Part shown: piece by piece, positions 10,370-20,971 of the stretch
How positions within the stretch are numbered: the first letter of the stretch is position 1
How the letters are laid out: each line of letters begins with the position of its first letter
Origin: Candidatus Latescibacterota bacterium
GTDB taxonomy: Bacteria; Latescibacterota; UBA2968; UBA8231
Length of the DNA: 64,000 nt
Assembly (NCBI GenBank): GCA_965223905.1
Contig: CBDCXV010000002.1
Coordinates: 128,001 to 192,000 of the forward strand
Direction of reading: 5' to 3'
Translations under genes and position numbers: made by a program
Notes under the pieces: model-generated
Seen by the model: the letters and a program-made list of their open reading frames with translations, nothing else
Told to the model about the DNA's origin: nothing
Databases searched by the model: none

Positions 10370-12059
10370 ATGGTACTCACTCACTTCGGAGGCCGGCTCC
10401 GCCCGTGGCGCTGGCTTCTCATGTTCGCGGCGGCCGCCCCCGCAGGCGCCGACACCACCCGTTCCGTCACCGCCCTGCGCGTCGACCGGCCCCCGCGCAT
10501 CGACGGCGATCTCTCCGAGCCGGCCTGGCGAGAGGCCGAGGCCGCCGGGGACTTCTTCCGCGCCCAGCAGACCCGCGGCACGCCGGCCCGGCTCCGCACC
10601 GAGGCCTACGTCCTCTACGACACCGCGGCGATCTACGTCGGCTTCCGTTGCTGGGAACCGGATATGGCCGGCCTGCGCGAGACGCTGACGCGCCGCGACA
10701 CGCGGGTCTGGGACGACGACGCCGTCGAGGTCGTCTTCGACACCTTCCACGACCGCCGCAACGCCTACATCTTCGGCATCAACACGCTGGGGACGCAGAT
10801 GGACCAGCGGGTCAGCAACGAGAGCTCCTTCACCTTCGCCTGGGACGCGTCGTGGGAGGCGAAGGTGCGGAAGAGCGACCCGACGCTGATCAACGTCAAC
10901 GACGACCGCGAGCTGTCCCTGCCGGAGCGCCGGCCCTTTTTCCGCGACGGCGCCGAGCTGTTCGATCTCCCCTTGCGCCTGTTCTACACCCGCCGCGTGC
11001 AGGAAATCGATCTCGGCGTCAAAGGCACGGGGAAGACCGGCGGCTACACCTGGGCGGCGGTAAACGCGTACGGCCGCATCATCGACCGCTACGACGGCGA
11101 CGCCAAACGGCGCGCCAACCTCCTCAACCTGCGGCTCAACCGCGACGTCGGCGAGCGTACCGTCATCGGCGCCATGGCGGTTCACAAGCACCAGTCCGAC
11201 CGCGACTACGGCCTGCTGTCCCTCAACGGCCGCCTCGGCCTCGGGCGCGACTGGACCGCCGCGGGCCAGTTCGCCGGCAGTTCAACCGGCGGCGGTCCCG
11301 GGTACGCGTACCACGCCTCGACGAACTGGCGCAACCAGTCGAGGCTGAGCGGCTTCGTCGAGCTCGAGGAGATCGGCGACCGCTTCCGGCCGAACGAAAC
11401 CGGCCTCGAGGACGAGGCCTACCGCCGCGCGCGGGGCGCCATCACCTTCCGCAACGAGTATTCCGAGGGCAGCAGGCTCAACGCCCTGGTGATGCGCGGG
11501 CGGGTGTTCCGGCAGACGGAAGCGGGCGGGCGGCTGCGCGAGCAGTACGCGCAGGCCGAGGGATCGCTGGACGTCGGGCCGTTTCGACTTTTATTCGCTC
11601 GCCCGCAGCGGACAACTGCGCGAAGCCGGACGGCTGTGGAAAACGCGATTGGCCGGGGCCGGCATCGAATACGCGTCGACAAACGGTTCCGCGGGTCTCT
11701 ACAACCAGATCGGCAGCCGCCAGGGCGCCTTCAACTGGCTCGTCAGCCTCGACGCCGACGCCAACCTGTTCAGCCGCCTGACGATCGGCCTGAGGGGGCA
11801 GCGTTTCTACTGGAGCGCCCGCAGGGAAACGCTGCTCCTGCGCACGACGACGAACTACCAGTTCACCCGCAAGATCGGACTGCGGCTGTTCCACGAGCGG
11901 GTGATCGAGCGCACCTCGGACACGACGGAGGACAACTTCAACACGGTTTTCGACTATGAGTTCACCCCGGAGAGCCACTTCTTTCTCGTCTTCGTTCGCG
12001 ACCGCGATCGCAGCAGGGCTGTTTTCAGCAAGATCGCCTATCTGTTCGGCCGGGTCTGA
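10370..12059 (+). pseudogene. CBM9-like sugar-binding + DUF5916-type outer-membrane protein, frameshifted and apparently internally deleted
   Basis: PRIDGDLSEPAW, DDAVEVVFDTFHDRRNAY, ERRPFF and LFYTRR motifs. An extra T at about 11582-11584 breaks the frame; the C-terminus continues in the 11649-12059 ORF, ending KIAYLFGRV. Abrupt join WEAKVRK|SDPTLINV at about 10873. Confidence 0.7.
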
Positions 12060-12229
12060 ACAGCCTCGCGAAGAGGAGCACCCCCCTCGCAGACAAGGAC
12101 ACCGGATGGACCCAGCGAGTAAGGGGAAGGAGTAGGCAGCCCCGGCGCGGGCGGTCTCTCCGGTCGGCAGCCGGAGCCGTCCTGATCGCCTGGTTCCCCT
12201 CCTGCCAGGGAGGCGGCCCGCTGCCCGGT

Positions 12230-12600
12230 CCGCCGGCGGTCCCGGGATTTCTCTCTCGACGCCGAGGTCGCCGCCGCGGTCGAACGGGCCCGCGCCAAAG
12301 TCGTCGCCGACCGCGGGGACCCCGCCGCCTGGATGCGCCTCGGCATGACCTTCGCGGCGAACGAGCTGCCGCAACAGGCGGCGGCTTCCTTCGAGGTGGC
12401 GGCGCGGATCGGGCTCAGGACCCCGAAGCCTGGTACCGCCTAGGCCTGGCGCGCGCCCGGACCGGGGCGCTGACCCCCGCCATCGAAGCCCTGGGTCAGG
12501 CGGAAGCCTCGACACGACCTGCGCTCCGATCGCCTGGCGCCGCGGTTTCTGGCGGCTCGAAACCGGGGACCTGGACGGAGCCGGGGAGGACTTCTGCCGC
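12230..12600 (+). pseudogene. Degraded TPR-protein fragment
   Basis: Translates to LDAEVAAAVERARAKVVADRGDPAAWMRLGMTFAANELPQQAAASFEVAARI (TPR-like), then stops and frameshifts. Confidence 0.5.
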
Positions 12601-12713
12601 ACCTCGATCAGGAACGAGATTCCCGACTTCCTGTACGACGACACCTCGAGCGCGGGGATACCTTCGTCCTCTGGCACGGGCAGACCGAGGAGTTCCTCGA
12701 ACGGAGGATCTCG

Positions 12714-13005
12714 GCGCCGGGATTCCGGCGGCCTTGGCGCCGGTGACGCCGCTCCCCGAAGGGGATGGGGGGACTGGGGTGGCCTTCAGACAGGGAGCCG
12801 GCGCGGAATGACGCGGGCGGCCCCTGCCGTCAGCCGGCCGCCTTCCAGATGAGGCGGGAAACCCGGAGCTGCCGGCCCCGCCAGGGTTGGGAACCTGCCC
12901 GGGGCGACGGACAATCCCAAAAAATGAGATAGCGGAACACGCCGGATTTTTCGCGGGGCGACCGGGGCCGCGCCAGGGTTCCGGTAGCCCTGGCGCCGGT
13001 GACGC
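12714..13005. repeat. Two copies of a 36-nt imperfect palindromic (REP-like) repeat
   Basis: 12714-12749 and 12970-13005 are 31/36 identical; the second copy folds GCGCCAGGG...CCCTGGCGC. Confidence 0.6.
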
Positions 13006-13059
13006 TGCATGGAAAAGCCCAGGCTCAGGGAACGGCTGCGGCGGGATTCCCGCGGACCG

Positions 13060-13917
13060 CTACGGCCGGCCCGGGGCGAAGCGCGGGGGGATCGGCTGGA
13101 CGATGGCGCGCTGTTCGTCGTCGAGGCTTTCCAGCAGCTCTGCGCTCGGCACGTAGTGGAAGCGGCTGCGCAGGTATCGCGGCGAGTAGCGGTACAGGGT
13201 GATGCGCCGGTAGCCGTCGTTGGTGCGGGCGGCGGAGCCGTGGGTGATGGCGTCGGTCAGCATCAGGACGTCGCCGGCTTCGAGGTAAAGCTCCTTCATG
13301 CCGAACTGGTTGCCCGCGGCATCGTCGCTGCGGTAGGTCTGTTCGAGGAGCTTGGGGTGGCGCATCGCCGACTTGTGGCTGCCGGGAATCAGGGTCGTGG
13401 CCCCGTCCCCGGGTCCGATGTCCTGCAGGGCGCCGATGACGTTGATCTGTCCGACCATCCACTCGCCGGTGTTCTCCTGGCGGAAGGTCAGGTAGCAGAT
13501 GGGCAGGGCGCCGCCGCAGTGGATGCCGATGTAGCCGCCCAGGCCGCGCACGTTGAGCAGGTTCTCGTGGATGGAGATGCCGTTGACCGGGTTGATCCAG
13601 CGGCGGCAGTGGCCGATCCAGGCCGGGTAGTCGATGAGGCGCCGGAACACCTGCCCGCCCTCGACGATGTTCTGGAAATTGCAGCCGTCGGAGTCGCTGT
13701 AGGTGTGGGTCTCGACGTGGCCGATCCATTCCCCCTGCTCGTTCCCCTGGCGGCGCCCGCCCTCGACGTAACTCCAGCGGTCGTCGACCCACTGGTTCAT
13801 TTCGTCGAGGTCCCGCTTCGCGATCCCCCCCTTGAGGACGATGTAGCCGTGGAGATCGAACAGGTAGTCGATCAGGTACTCGTCCCGCTCGCCGGCGTCG
13901 ACCCAATCGCGCGACAT
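13060..13917 (-). CDS. PhyH-family Fe(II)/2OG oxygenase with HxG motif
   Basis: YLFDLHGYIVL, GDGATTLIPGSHK, AGDVLMLTDAITHG, distal Arg; first motif reads IHCGG. Start MSRDW follows a GAAGG RBS-like sequence. Confidence 0.88.
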   Translation of the reverse strand: MSRDWVDAGERDEYLIDYLFDLHGYIVLKGGIAKRDLDEMNQWVDDRWSYVEGGRRQGNEQGEWIGHVETHTYSDSDGCNFQNIVEGGQVFRRLIDYPAWIGHCRRWINPVNGISIHENLLNVRGLGGYIGIHCGGALPICYLTFRQENTGEWMVGQINVIGALQDIGPGDGATTLIPGSHKSAMRHPKLLEQTYRSDDAAGNQFGMKELYLEAGDVLMLTDAITHGSAARTNDGYRRITLYRYSPRYLRSRFHYVPSAELLESLDDEQRAIVQPIPPRFAPGRP

Positions 13918-14294
13918 GGTCAGTTCACCTTCTTCGATGAGGCCTCGCCGGCAGCAGCCTGTCGGATGGATATCATGTGGGTGACGATCCGGGATCCCCT
14001 GCAGGCCTGCACGGAGGCAAATCCGGGTCGGCCGTGCGCCTGTCAGGATGGCGGGGCTGGCATATCCTGCAGGTTGCAGGCAGGGTAAGGAACGGACTCC
14101 GGCAAGGCAATATCCCCTTCTCCTCCTCGGGGCTCTCCGTTCCATGCCGCCGAACGGCGATGTCGGGATCTGCCGCGGCCTGCTTACGGAGCAGAAGAAT
14201 CTCCTGCTCGCCGCCTGCATATCCGGGCTGGCGTCCGGCCGGCGCTGCCCGTTCCTTTGGGACCCACCGAGAAACCAAACGCAAGCCAACAACC

Positions 14295-15128
14295 ATGAGT
14301 ACGACTTCAACGACGGAGAGCCTGCCTGCATATCTCGCAGAACAGGCCCCCGACGACGAGCTGATCGACGGCTGGGTCGAGCAGTTCGACCGCCAAGGCT
14401 TTCTCTTCCTGCGCAACGTGCTGCCGCCGGACTGGTGCGCGGAGCTGCGCCGGGACCTCGACCGCGCCCTCGACGGGCGGGATACCCCTGACAACCGGAA
14501 GAAGAAGACCGGATCCAGAATCGAGCTCCATCACCGCATGTTCGAGCTCAGCGGCGCCAACCTGCGGCTGTTCGACCTCGAGCCGATCGTCACTTTCGCC
14601 GAGCGCCTGGTGGCCGCCAACTGCCACGTCATCCACAACAACAGCTTCCGCACCCCTCCCGAGGGCGGCATCAGCGGCTGGCACCAGGACGACCCTCCCC
14701 ACTTCGAGGTGACCCACGGGGAGCCGCCGGCCAACGTGCGGCTGCCGGTGCTGCTGTTCACCTGCAACTACTACCTCACCGACGTCGACACCGTCGAGCA
14801 CGGCCCTACCCAGACGGTGCCGCGCTCGCACCTGTACGGCGCCCCTCCGCCGAACCCGATCGAGGGCAGCGGCTACGAGGAGCAGGTGGTCTCCAACATC
14901 GGTCCCGCCGGCAGCGTCATCATGTTCAACAACCAGGTCTGGCACCGGGGAGCGCCGAACGCCAGCACCCGCACCCGCTACATCACCCAGATCAGCTACG
15001 CGCGCCGGGTGATCGGCCACAAGTATTTCCCTTTCATGAACTACCAGATGCCGGAGCACGTGTACGCCGGCGCCGGGGAGCGCCTCAGTCGGCTGCTCGG
15101 CTTCCTGCCGCACGGCGCCTACGGATAA
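14295..15128 (+). CDS. PhyH-family Fe(II)/2OG dioxygenase
   Basis: FDRQGFLFLRNVL, WHQDD, GPTQTVPRSH, VWHRG...R. Confidence 0.9.
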   Translation: MSTTSTTESLPAYLAEQAPDDELIDGWVEQFDRQGFLFLRNVLPPDWCAELRRDLDRALDGRDTPDNRKKKTGSRIELHHRMFELSGANLRLFDLEPIVTFAERLVAANCHVIHNNSFRTPPEGGISGWHQDDPPHFEVTHGEPPANVRLPVLLFTCNYYLTDVDTVEHGPTQTVPRSHLYGAPPPNPIEGSGYEEQVVSNIGPAGSVIMFNNQVWHRGAPNASTRTRYITQISYARRVIGHKYFPFMNYQMPEHVYAGAGERLSRLLGFLPHGAYG

Positions 15129-15139
15129 AAGAACTGCGG

Positions 15140-16180
15140 ATGACGAAGCTGCGAATGGGGGTCGTCGGCATGGGCATGGGCAAGGGCCACGCCCTCGGCT
15201 TCCAGGCTCATCCCGGCGCCGAGCTCGCGGCGCTGTGCGACATCGACGAAGAACGGCTGCGCCTCGCCGCCGACGAGCTCGGGGTGCACGAGCGCTACAC
15301 CGATGCCGGCGAGATGTTCAGCCATGCCGGGCTCGATGCGGTCGGCATCGCCGTGCCCAACAAGTTCCACGCGCCGCTGACGATAGCCGCCCTCGAGCAG
15401 GGGCTGCACGTCCTGTGCGAGAAGCCGATGGCGATGTCGGTGGCGGAGGCGGAAAGCATGAACGCCGCCGCGGAAAAGGCGGGGCGCAACCTGATGATCG
15501 ATTTCTCCCATCGCTTCACGGACTCGGCCGCGGCCCTCAAGCGGCAGGTGGAAGCCGGGGCGCTCGGCGGCATCTATTTCGGGCGCACTACCTGGCACCG
15601 GCGCCGCGGGGTTCCCGGTTTCGGCGGCTGGTTCGGTATCCAAGAGCTGTCCGGGGGCGGGCCCCTGGTCGACCTAGGCGTGCACATGCTCGATCTCGCC
15701 ATGTGGTTCATGGACTACCCCGAGCCGATTGCGGTCTCCGGATCGATCTACAGCGAGATCGCACCTGCCCTGGCGCGCCGGGAGGGGAAGCCGTTCGACG
15801 TCGAGGACCTCGCCTGCGGCCTGGTGAAGTTCGCCGGCGGGGCCACCCTTATCGTCGAGTCGAGCTGGGCCATCAATCTGGAGCCGCCCGAGACGATTGC
15901 CGTCAACCTGTGCGGCGACAAGGGCGGCCTGTCGTACCGCCACGGCCCCGGGGGCTGGATGGCCGAGGTCTACAGCGACGAGGAGGGGGATCTCTACACC
16001 AGGAAGCTCGACCGCAGAACGGACCCGACCCCTTCCCCCTACAGCGACTTCGTCGACAGCATCCTCGAGAACCGCCCGCCGCTGGCCACCGGGGATCACG
16101 GCCTCAAGGCGATGAAGATCATCGAGGGGATCTACCGCAGCGCCCGGACCGGCAGGGAAGTCCGCTACCCGGAAGGGTGA
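15140..16180 (+). CDS. Gfo/Idh/MocA family oxidoreductase
   Basis: GVVGMGMG Rossmann motif, HVLCEKP, GGGPLVDLGVHMLD. Confidence 0.93.
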   Translation: MTKLRMGVVGMGMGKGHALGFQAHPGAELAALCDIDEERLRLAADELGVHERYTDAGEMFSHAGLDAVGIAVPNKFHAPLTIAALEQGLHVLCEKPMAMSVAEAESMNAAAEKAGRNLMIDFSHRFTDSAAALKRQVEAGALGGIYFGRTTWHRRRGVPGFGGWFGIQELSGGGPLVDLGVHMLDLAMWFMDYPEPIAVSGSIYSEIAPALARREGKPFDVEDLACGLVKFAGGATLIVESSWAINLEPPETIAVNLCGDKGGLSYRHGPGGWMAEVYSDEEGDLYTRKLDRRTDPTPSPYSDFVDSILENRPPLATGDHGLKAMKIIEGIYRSARTGREVRYPEG

Positions 16181-16374
16181 GCCAGTGCCTGCGCGCAATT
16201 CCGCGTATTCGGCCGCCGCTGCATCCCGGCTCACGGCGCCCTCGTTGGTACGCGTATAAATGAGCGCAGGCACTTGGGACGATTGGCCGCGTGCGATTTG
16301 CCGTGAGCAGATTTTGCGCCGGCCGAAAAAAAGAGGGCCTCATGCGGCCGCGGCAGTGGAAGGAGAGCGTTCAT

Positions 16375-17280
16375 ATGACCCGGACTACGGATTTTCCCGT
16401 TGAAGAGATCCTGCAGTTGACTCCGGACGCCGGCGCCTGGCTGAGGGGGGAGGCGGAATCGCGCGGGCAGTCCATCGCTGAGATTCTCTGCAGCATGGTC
16501 GAGGAGGGCGCGGTCCCTGCTGCCACGCCACCCCTTTCCCCGGACCAGCTGGCGCGGTACCGCCGCGATGGCTACCTGCTGGTTTCCGGGCTGATTCCCG
16601 ACGACATGGCGGCGCGCGCCGAGCAGGCGATGTGGCGCTGCATCGGCTGCGATCCGGAGAGTCCGCCCCCCTCCTGGGAGGACGTTCCCGGAGACCTGCG
16701 GCTCTACAACGACTCCGACCTCAAGAACTGCTTCACCCCGGACGTCCTCGCCGCCGCGGCGCAGATCACCGGGGACGACCTGTCGACTTTCGGCAAGTCG
16801 GACACCCACCCCAAGACCAGTCACTCGGCCACCTACCTCGAAGCGGAAGCCGCGGGGGAGGACCTGAGCCGCTTCTATCGCTGGGACTGCGCCTACACGA
16901 TCAACATCATGCCGGGGAAGGGCGACAGGGGCGAACACCCGCATATCGATCACTCGATGGGCGACCACCACCACCGCACCTTCCCGCCGGTGTTCCGGGT
17001 AGGAGCCCTGATATTCCTGAACGACATCGGCCCGAACGGCGGCGGCACCCGGGTGTGGCCGGGATCCCACCGCGTTTTCGAGGAGCTCGCGCGCCGTTCG
17101 CCGCAGCGCTACGAGTGGAGGTCGGCCTTCATGGAGGAGATGGCCGAGCTGAACCCGGGAGTGCCCCTGAGCCTGACGATCTCGCGGGGAGACGTCCTCT
17201 TCCTGCATCACCTTCTCGCCCACGCCGGCAGCTGCAACGCCAGCGATCGCCCGCGCTTCGCGCTCAACATGAAATGGTAG
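16375..17280 (+). CDS. PhyH-family dioxygenase with N-terminal ribbon-helix-helix-like extension
   Basis: AGGAG RBS; YRRDGYLLV, HID, GGGTRVWPGSH, GDVLFLHHLLAH, PRF. Confidence 0.87.
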   Translation: MTRTTDFPVEEILQLTPDAGAWLRGEAESRGQSIAEILCSMVEEGAVPAATPPLSPDQLARYRRDGYLLVSGLIPDDMAARAEQAMWRCIGCDPESPPPSWEDVPGDLRLYNDSDLKNCFTPDVLAAAAQITGDDLSTFGKSDTHPKTSHSATYLEAEAAGEDLSRFYRWDCAYTINIMPGKGDRGEHPHIDHSMGDHHHRTFPPVFRVGALIFLNDIGPNGGGTRVWPGSHRVFEELARRSPQRYEWRSAFMEEMAELNPGVPLSLTISRGDVLFLHHLLAHAGSCNASDRPRFALNMKW

Positions 17281-17284
17281 ACCC

Positions 17285-18331
17285 ATGCCCGTAATCCAGC
17301 ACCAGCCCCTCCGCAAGCTCGCCTTCGAGATCTTCCGCGCCGCCGGACTCCCCGAGGAGGACGCCGGCATGGTCAGCGAGCACCTCGTCGACAGCAACCT
17401 CGCCGGCCACGACTCGCACGGGGTCTGGTGCCTGCCGCGCTATGTCCCCGCCATGCGCGAGAAGTACGTGACCTGGGAGGAGCGCGAGGTCCTGCGCGAG
17501 ACCCCCTGCCTGACGGTCATCGACTGCAAGGGGGGAAACGGCATCGTGGCGACGACGCGGGCCCTCGACATCGCCGTGGAAAAGGCGCGGCGGACCACCT
17601 TCGGCTTCACCGGCCTGCGCAACACCACGCACATCTGCCGCCTCGGCGACTACACGCCGCGGATTGCCGAACAGGGCATGATCGGGCTCGTCTGGCTCAA
17701 CGGCGGCGGCCTTTTCATGACCCCCAACGGCAGCTCCGACCGGCGCCTCTGCCCGGAGCCGATCTCCTTCGGCGCCCCGCGCCGGAACGGGCCCCCGTTC
17801 ATGCTCGACATGACGGTGACGACGGTGGCCGGCGGCAAGATCGAGCAGAAGATCGTGCGCGGAGACCCGATGCCCGACAACTGGGTGATCGACCGGACCG
17901 GCAGCTCCGTCAGCGACCCCCGGAAATACCACGACCACCCCGAGGAGACCGGGGTGCCTCCCCTGGGGTGGCCGCAGTTCGGCCACAAGGGAGCCGGCCT
18001 GGCGATGATGGTCGAGATGCTGGTCGGCCCGCTCTCCCATGCAGGCTGCACCAAGGGGCCGGGAAAGGGGGGCCAGGGGGTGATGGTGATGGCGATCGAC
18101 ATCGAGGCCTTCACCGACCTCGACACCTACAAGGACGAGGTGGAAGGGCTGCGGGACTGGGTCTGCTCGGCGCGGCCCCTGCCCGGCATCGAGCGGGTCT
18201 ACGCCCCCGGAGAGATCGAGGAGGAGTGCAGGCAGAAGCGCCTGCGCGACGGCATCGAGGTCCCGAAGCCGACCTGGGAGCAGATTGTCGCCACCGCGGC
18301 CGAGCTCGGCGTCGAGGTGCCGGCGGTTTGA
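17285..18331 (+). CDS. Ldh_2 family (malate/L-lactate/sulfolactate/ureidoglycolate-type) oxidoreductase
   Basis: LAGHDSHG, HICRLG, GHKGAGLAMMVE, YAPGE. Confidence 0.9.
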   Translation: MPVIQHQPLRKLAFEIFRAAGLPEEDAGMVSEHLVDSNLAGHDSHGVWCLPRYVPAMREKYVTWEEREVLRETPCLTVIDCKGGNGIVATTRALDIAVEKARRTTFGFTGLRNTTHICRLGDYTPRIAEQGMIGLVWLNGGGLFMTPNGSSDRRLCPEPISFGAPRRNGPPFMLDMTVTTVAGGKIEQKIVRGDPMPDNWVIDRTGSSVSDPRKYHDHPEETGVPPLGWPQFGHKGAGLAMMVEMLVGPLSHAGCTKGPGKGGQGVMVMAIDIEAFTDLDTYKDEVEGLRDWVCSARPLPGIERVYAPGEIEEECRQKRLRDGIEVPKPTWEQIVATAAELGVEVPAV

Positions 18332-18359
18332 ACGGGAATCCTGTCCCTGTCCCGGTTTC

Positions 18360-19223
18360 TCATTCCCGGTTCTGAAACATCGGCGGCCGCTCCCTCAGGG
18401 CCGGATCCGCGAGCGCCTCGGCCAGCTCGTGAACTTTGCCGCGGTCCGCCCCCCGCCAGCGCAAATCGTCGAGACTCTCCGACAGCGGCACGTCGATGCT
18501 CTTGATCGATCGATCGCGGTAGTCCAGGGCCTCGGCGCGCCTCGCGGCAAACGTCTCTGCCAGCTTCTGCCTGCCGCGCACCTCCAGGCTCTCCCACTCC
18601 GCCGGGTCCTCCGGGAAATCCTCCAGGCGTCCGAACCGGCTGATGGCGGCAGCGGCTGACTTCCGGCCGAACCCCGCAATCCCGGGTATCCCGTCGGACG
18701 GGTCGCCCACCAGGCCCAGGTATTCCGGGATGAACCCGGGACCGACCCCGAATCTGGCTTTCACGCCCGTCTCGTCGGTCCGTTCCCGTTTGATCCGGTT
18801 CAGCAGGACCACCCTTTCACCGCGAACGCACTGCGCGAAATCGTTGTCGGAGGAGCAGATCACGATCTCATCGAGAACGGGATCGGAACGGAACCGATAA
18901 GCAGCCGTCGCAATGGCGTCATCCGCCTGGTACTCCGACATCTGCCAGAGCGTAACCCCCAGGGCACGCGCCGTTTCGAGCGCCGCGTCGTACTGGCTGT
19001 GGATGAGAACCGTGTCGCTCTCTTCGCGCGCCTCCAGCAACTGGACATCATCGAAGGCAATCGCCGCGTGCGTCAGCTCCGGCTCCCGCAGCAGTGCGGC
19101 CAGGGTGCGAAAGAGCGCCCGTACGGCAGCGACCTCCGCGCCGGAGTCGAGTTGTGCCTTCGGGGCGCCGTAATAGCAGCGGAACAACTCGAAGCTTCCG
19201 TCGATCAGATACAGAGCGGCCAT
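18360..19223 (-). CDS. Stand-alone 5'-3' exonuclease / flap endonuclease (PolI N-terminal-like)
   Basis: LYLIDGS, ADDAIAT, SSDND, LVGDPSDGIPGIAGFGRKSA (H3TH motif). Confidence 0.88.
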   Translation of the reverse strand: MAALYLIDGSFELFRCYYGAPKAQLDSGAEVAAVRALFRTLAALLREPELTHAAIAFDDVQLLEAREESDTVLIHSQYDAALETARALGVTLWQMSEYQADDAIATAAYRFRSDPVLDEIVICSSDNDFAQCVRGERVVLLNRIKRERTDETGVKARFGVGPGFIPEYLGLVGDPSDGIPGIAGFGRKSAAAAISRFGRLEDFPEDPAEWESLEVRGRQKLAETFAARRAEALDYRDRSIKSIDVPLSESLDDLRWRGADRGKVHELAEALADPALRERPPMFQNRE

Positions 19224-19275
19224 GTATCGCGAGTGGGGTTCACCCCCCGTGTGTCATGGGATTCGCACCCGGGTC

Positions 19276-19884
19276 TCACTGGCGGCGTTCCCGGAGATTC
19301 CGGTACTCCTCGGGTGTATCGATGTCTGCCAGAATCCCGGAGGCGGAGACCGGCACTGCCACCACGCATTCGGGGTGTCTCTCGACTACGCTGCGAGCGC
19401 CCCGGTCACCCGATATCGCCAGCAGCTCCTGTCTGTAGCCGCTGGCGAAGATCACCGGGTGGCCCCTGCGCCCCTCGTGCACGGGAAGCACGATGGCCGA
19501 CCTTCCGGCCTCGTCGAATCTCCGGCACAGCAGATCGACGAGGCCGGTGCTGATTCCGGGCATGTCCCCCAGGGCGACGAGATACCCCCTCGCCATGGCG
19601 TCCGCTGCCTCGATCCCGGTGCGCAGCGAAGCGGACATGCCGGCGGCGAAGTCGTTGTTCGTCACGACGCGAACGGGGTACGGCTCCAGCACGGCGGCGA
19701 CGGTTTCCGCCTCGTGACCGACCACGACGACGACTTCATGCAGCGCGGCGCCGACCAGGGCTTTCACCACGACTTCGAGAACCGGTCTGTCGCCCCACGG
19801 CAGCAGCAGCTTGTTCTCCGCTCCCATGCGGCTCGAGGTGCCGGCCGCCAGGACGACGGCTGAAATAGGGTATCTGTTGTGCAA
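19276..19884 (-). CDS. mocA: Molybdenum cofactor cytidylyltransferase (MocA-like NTP transferase)
   Basis: VVLAAGTSSRMG.NKLLL, LGDMP, GHPVIF, DIDTPEEY; adjacent to xdhC and cox genes. Confidence 0.82.
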   Translation of the reverse strand: MHNRYPISAVVLAAGTSSRMGAENKLLLPWGDRPVLEVVVKALVGAALHEVVVVVGHEAETVAAVLEPYPVRVVTNNDFAAGMSASLRTGIEAADAMARGYLVALGDMPGISTGLVDLLCRRFDEAGRSAIVLPVHEGRRGHPVIFASGYRQELLAISGDRGARSVVERHPECVVAVPVSASGILADIDTPEEYRNLRERRQ

Positions 19885-19918
19885 GAGAAGTGGGTGTTTC
19901 AGCGACGGGCACCCGCCC

Positions 19919-20971
19919 CTATTTGCGCGCCGTCCGCGACCGCTTCACCGCCACGACCTCGGCGAGGATGCTGAGGGCGATTTCCGCCGGGGTCTTGGCG
20001 CCGATGTCGAGCCCTATGGGCCCCTTGATGCGGTCGATCTCCGCCTCGGCGAACCCCGCCTCCTGCAATCGCGCCTTGCGTCTGGCGTGGGACTTGCGCC
20101 CCCCCAGCGCACCGATGTAGGCGACCGGCGCCTTGAGGAAACGGTGCAGGGCCTCGTCGTCGATCTTGGGATCGTGCGTCAGAACCGCGCAGTAGCAGTC
20201 CTCGTTGAGATCCCAGCCGTCCAGCAGATCGCCGGGCCATTTCGCCAACAGCTGAGACGGCTGCACGGGAAACCGCTCCGGCGTCGCGAACACCTCGCGC
20301 GGGTCGATGACCACGGTTTCGAAATCGATCAGCGCCGCGTACTGAACCAGGGGGAGGGTGATATGTCCGGCGCCGATCAGGAGCAGCTGGTCGCGCCGCG
20401 GGAACACCTGGGCGAAGACCGCCTCTCCAGCGACCTCGACGACGCGGCTCTCGCGGGTGGCGTACGCCTCGAGCCCGGAGGCCACTCCGGTTTCGGTCGC
20501 CGCGCCCCATGACCCGGTCACCTCTCCTTCCGGGGTGACCAGCAGGTGCGGGGGAGCCTCCCCCGGCCCCAGGCGGGTCAGCAGGACCGCCGGCCGGTTC
20601 CCCTCCACCCGTTCCCGGAGCTTTCTCCAGACCGCGGCGCTGCCCTCACCATCTGCCTGCGGCAGGTGCCGTTCGACCAGCACCGACACCTCGCCCCCGC
20701 AGGACAGCCCGACCGACCAGGCGGTCTCGTCGTCGACGCCGTAGGTCAGCTTTTTCGGGGCTCCCGTGGCCAGGACCTGTCCCGCCTCTTCGATGACGGA
20801 CCCCTCGATGCACCCCCCGCTGACCGAGCCGGCCACTTTCATCGCCGCGTCGACGATCATCGCCGACCCCACGCCGCGGGGAGAGGATCCCCAGGTCTCC
20901 ACCACGCGCGCCAGGGCGAACGGTCTCGCGCTCGCGTCCCACTCGACCAGATCGTTCCAGATATCCCGCAT
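19919..20971 (-). CDS. xdhC: XdhC/CoxI molybdoenzyme maturation factor
   Basis: WGSSPRGVG, GSVSGGCIE, GLSCGG, THDPKIDD, GPIGLDIGAKTPAEIALSI. Confidence 0.92.
   Translation of the reverse strand: MRDIWNDLVEWDASARPFALARVVETWGSSPRGVGSAMIVDAAMKVAGSVSGGCIEGSVIEEAGQVLATGAPKKLTYGVDDETAWSVGLSCGGEVSVLVERHLPQADGEGSAAVWRKLRERVEGNRPAVLLTRLGPGEAPPHLLVTPEGEVTGSWGAATETGVASGLEAYATRESRVVEVAGEAVFAQVFPRRDQLLLIGAGHITLPLVQYAALIDFETVVIDPREVFATPERFPVQPSQLLAKWPGDLLDGWDLNEDCYCAVLTHDPKIDDEALHRFLKAPVAYIGALGGRKSHARRKARLQEAGFAEAEIDRIKGPIGLDIGAKTPAEIALSILAEVVAVKRSRTARK

Noticed and set aside
12714-13005. Possible CRISPR array (36-nt palindromic repeats)
   Set aside because: Only two imperfect copies with a 220-nt gap, and no cas genes.
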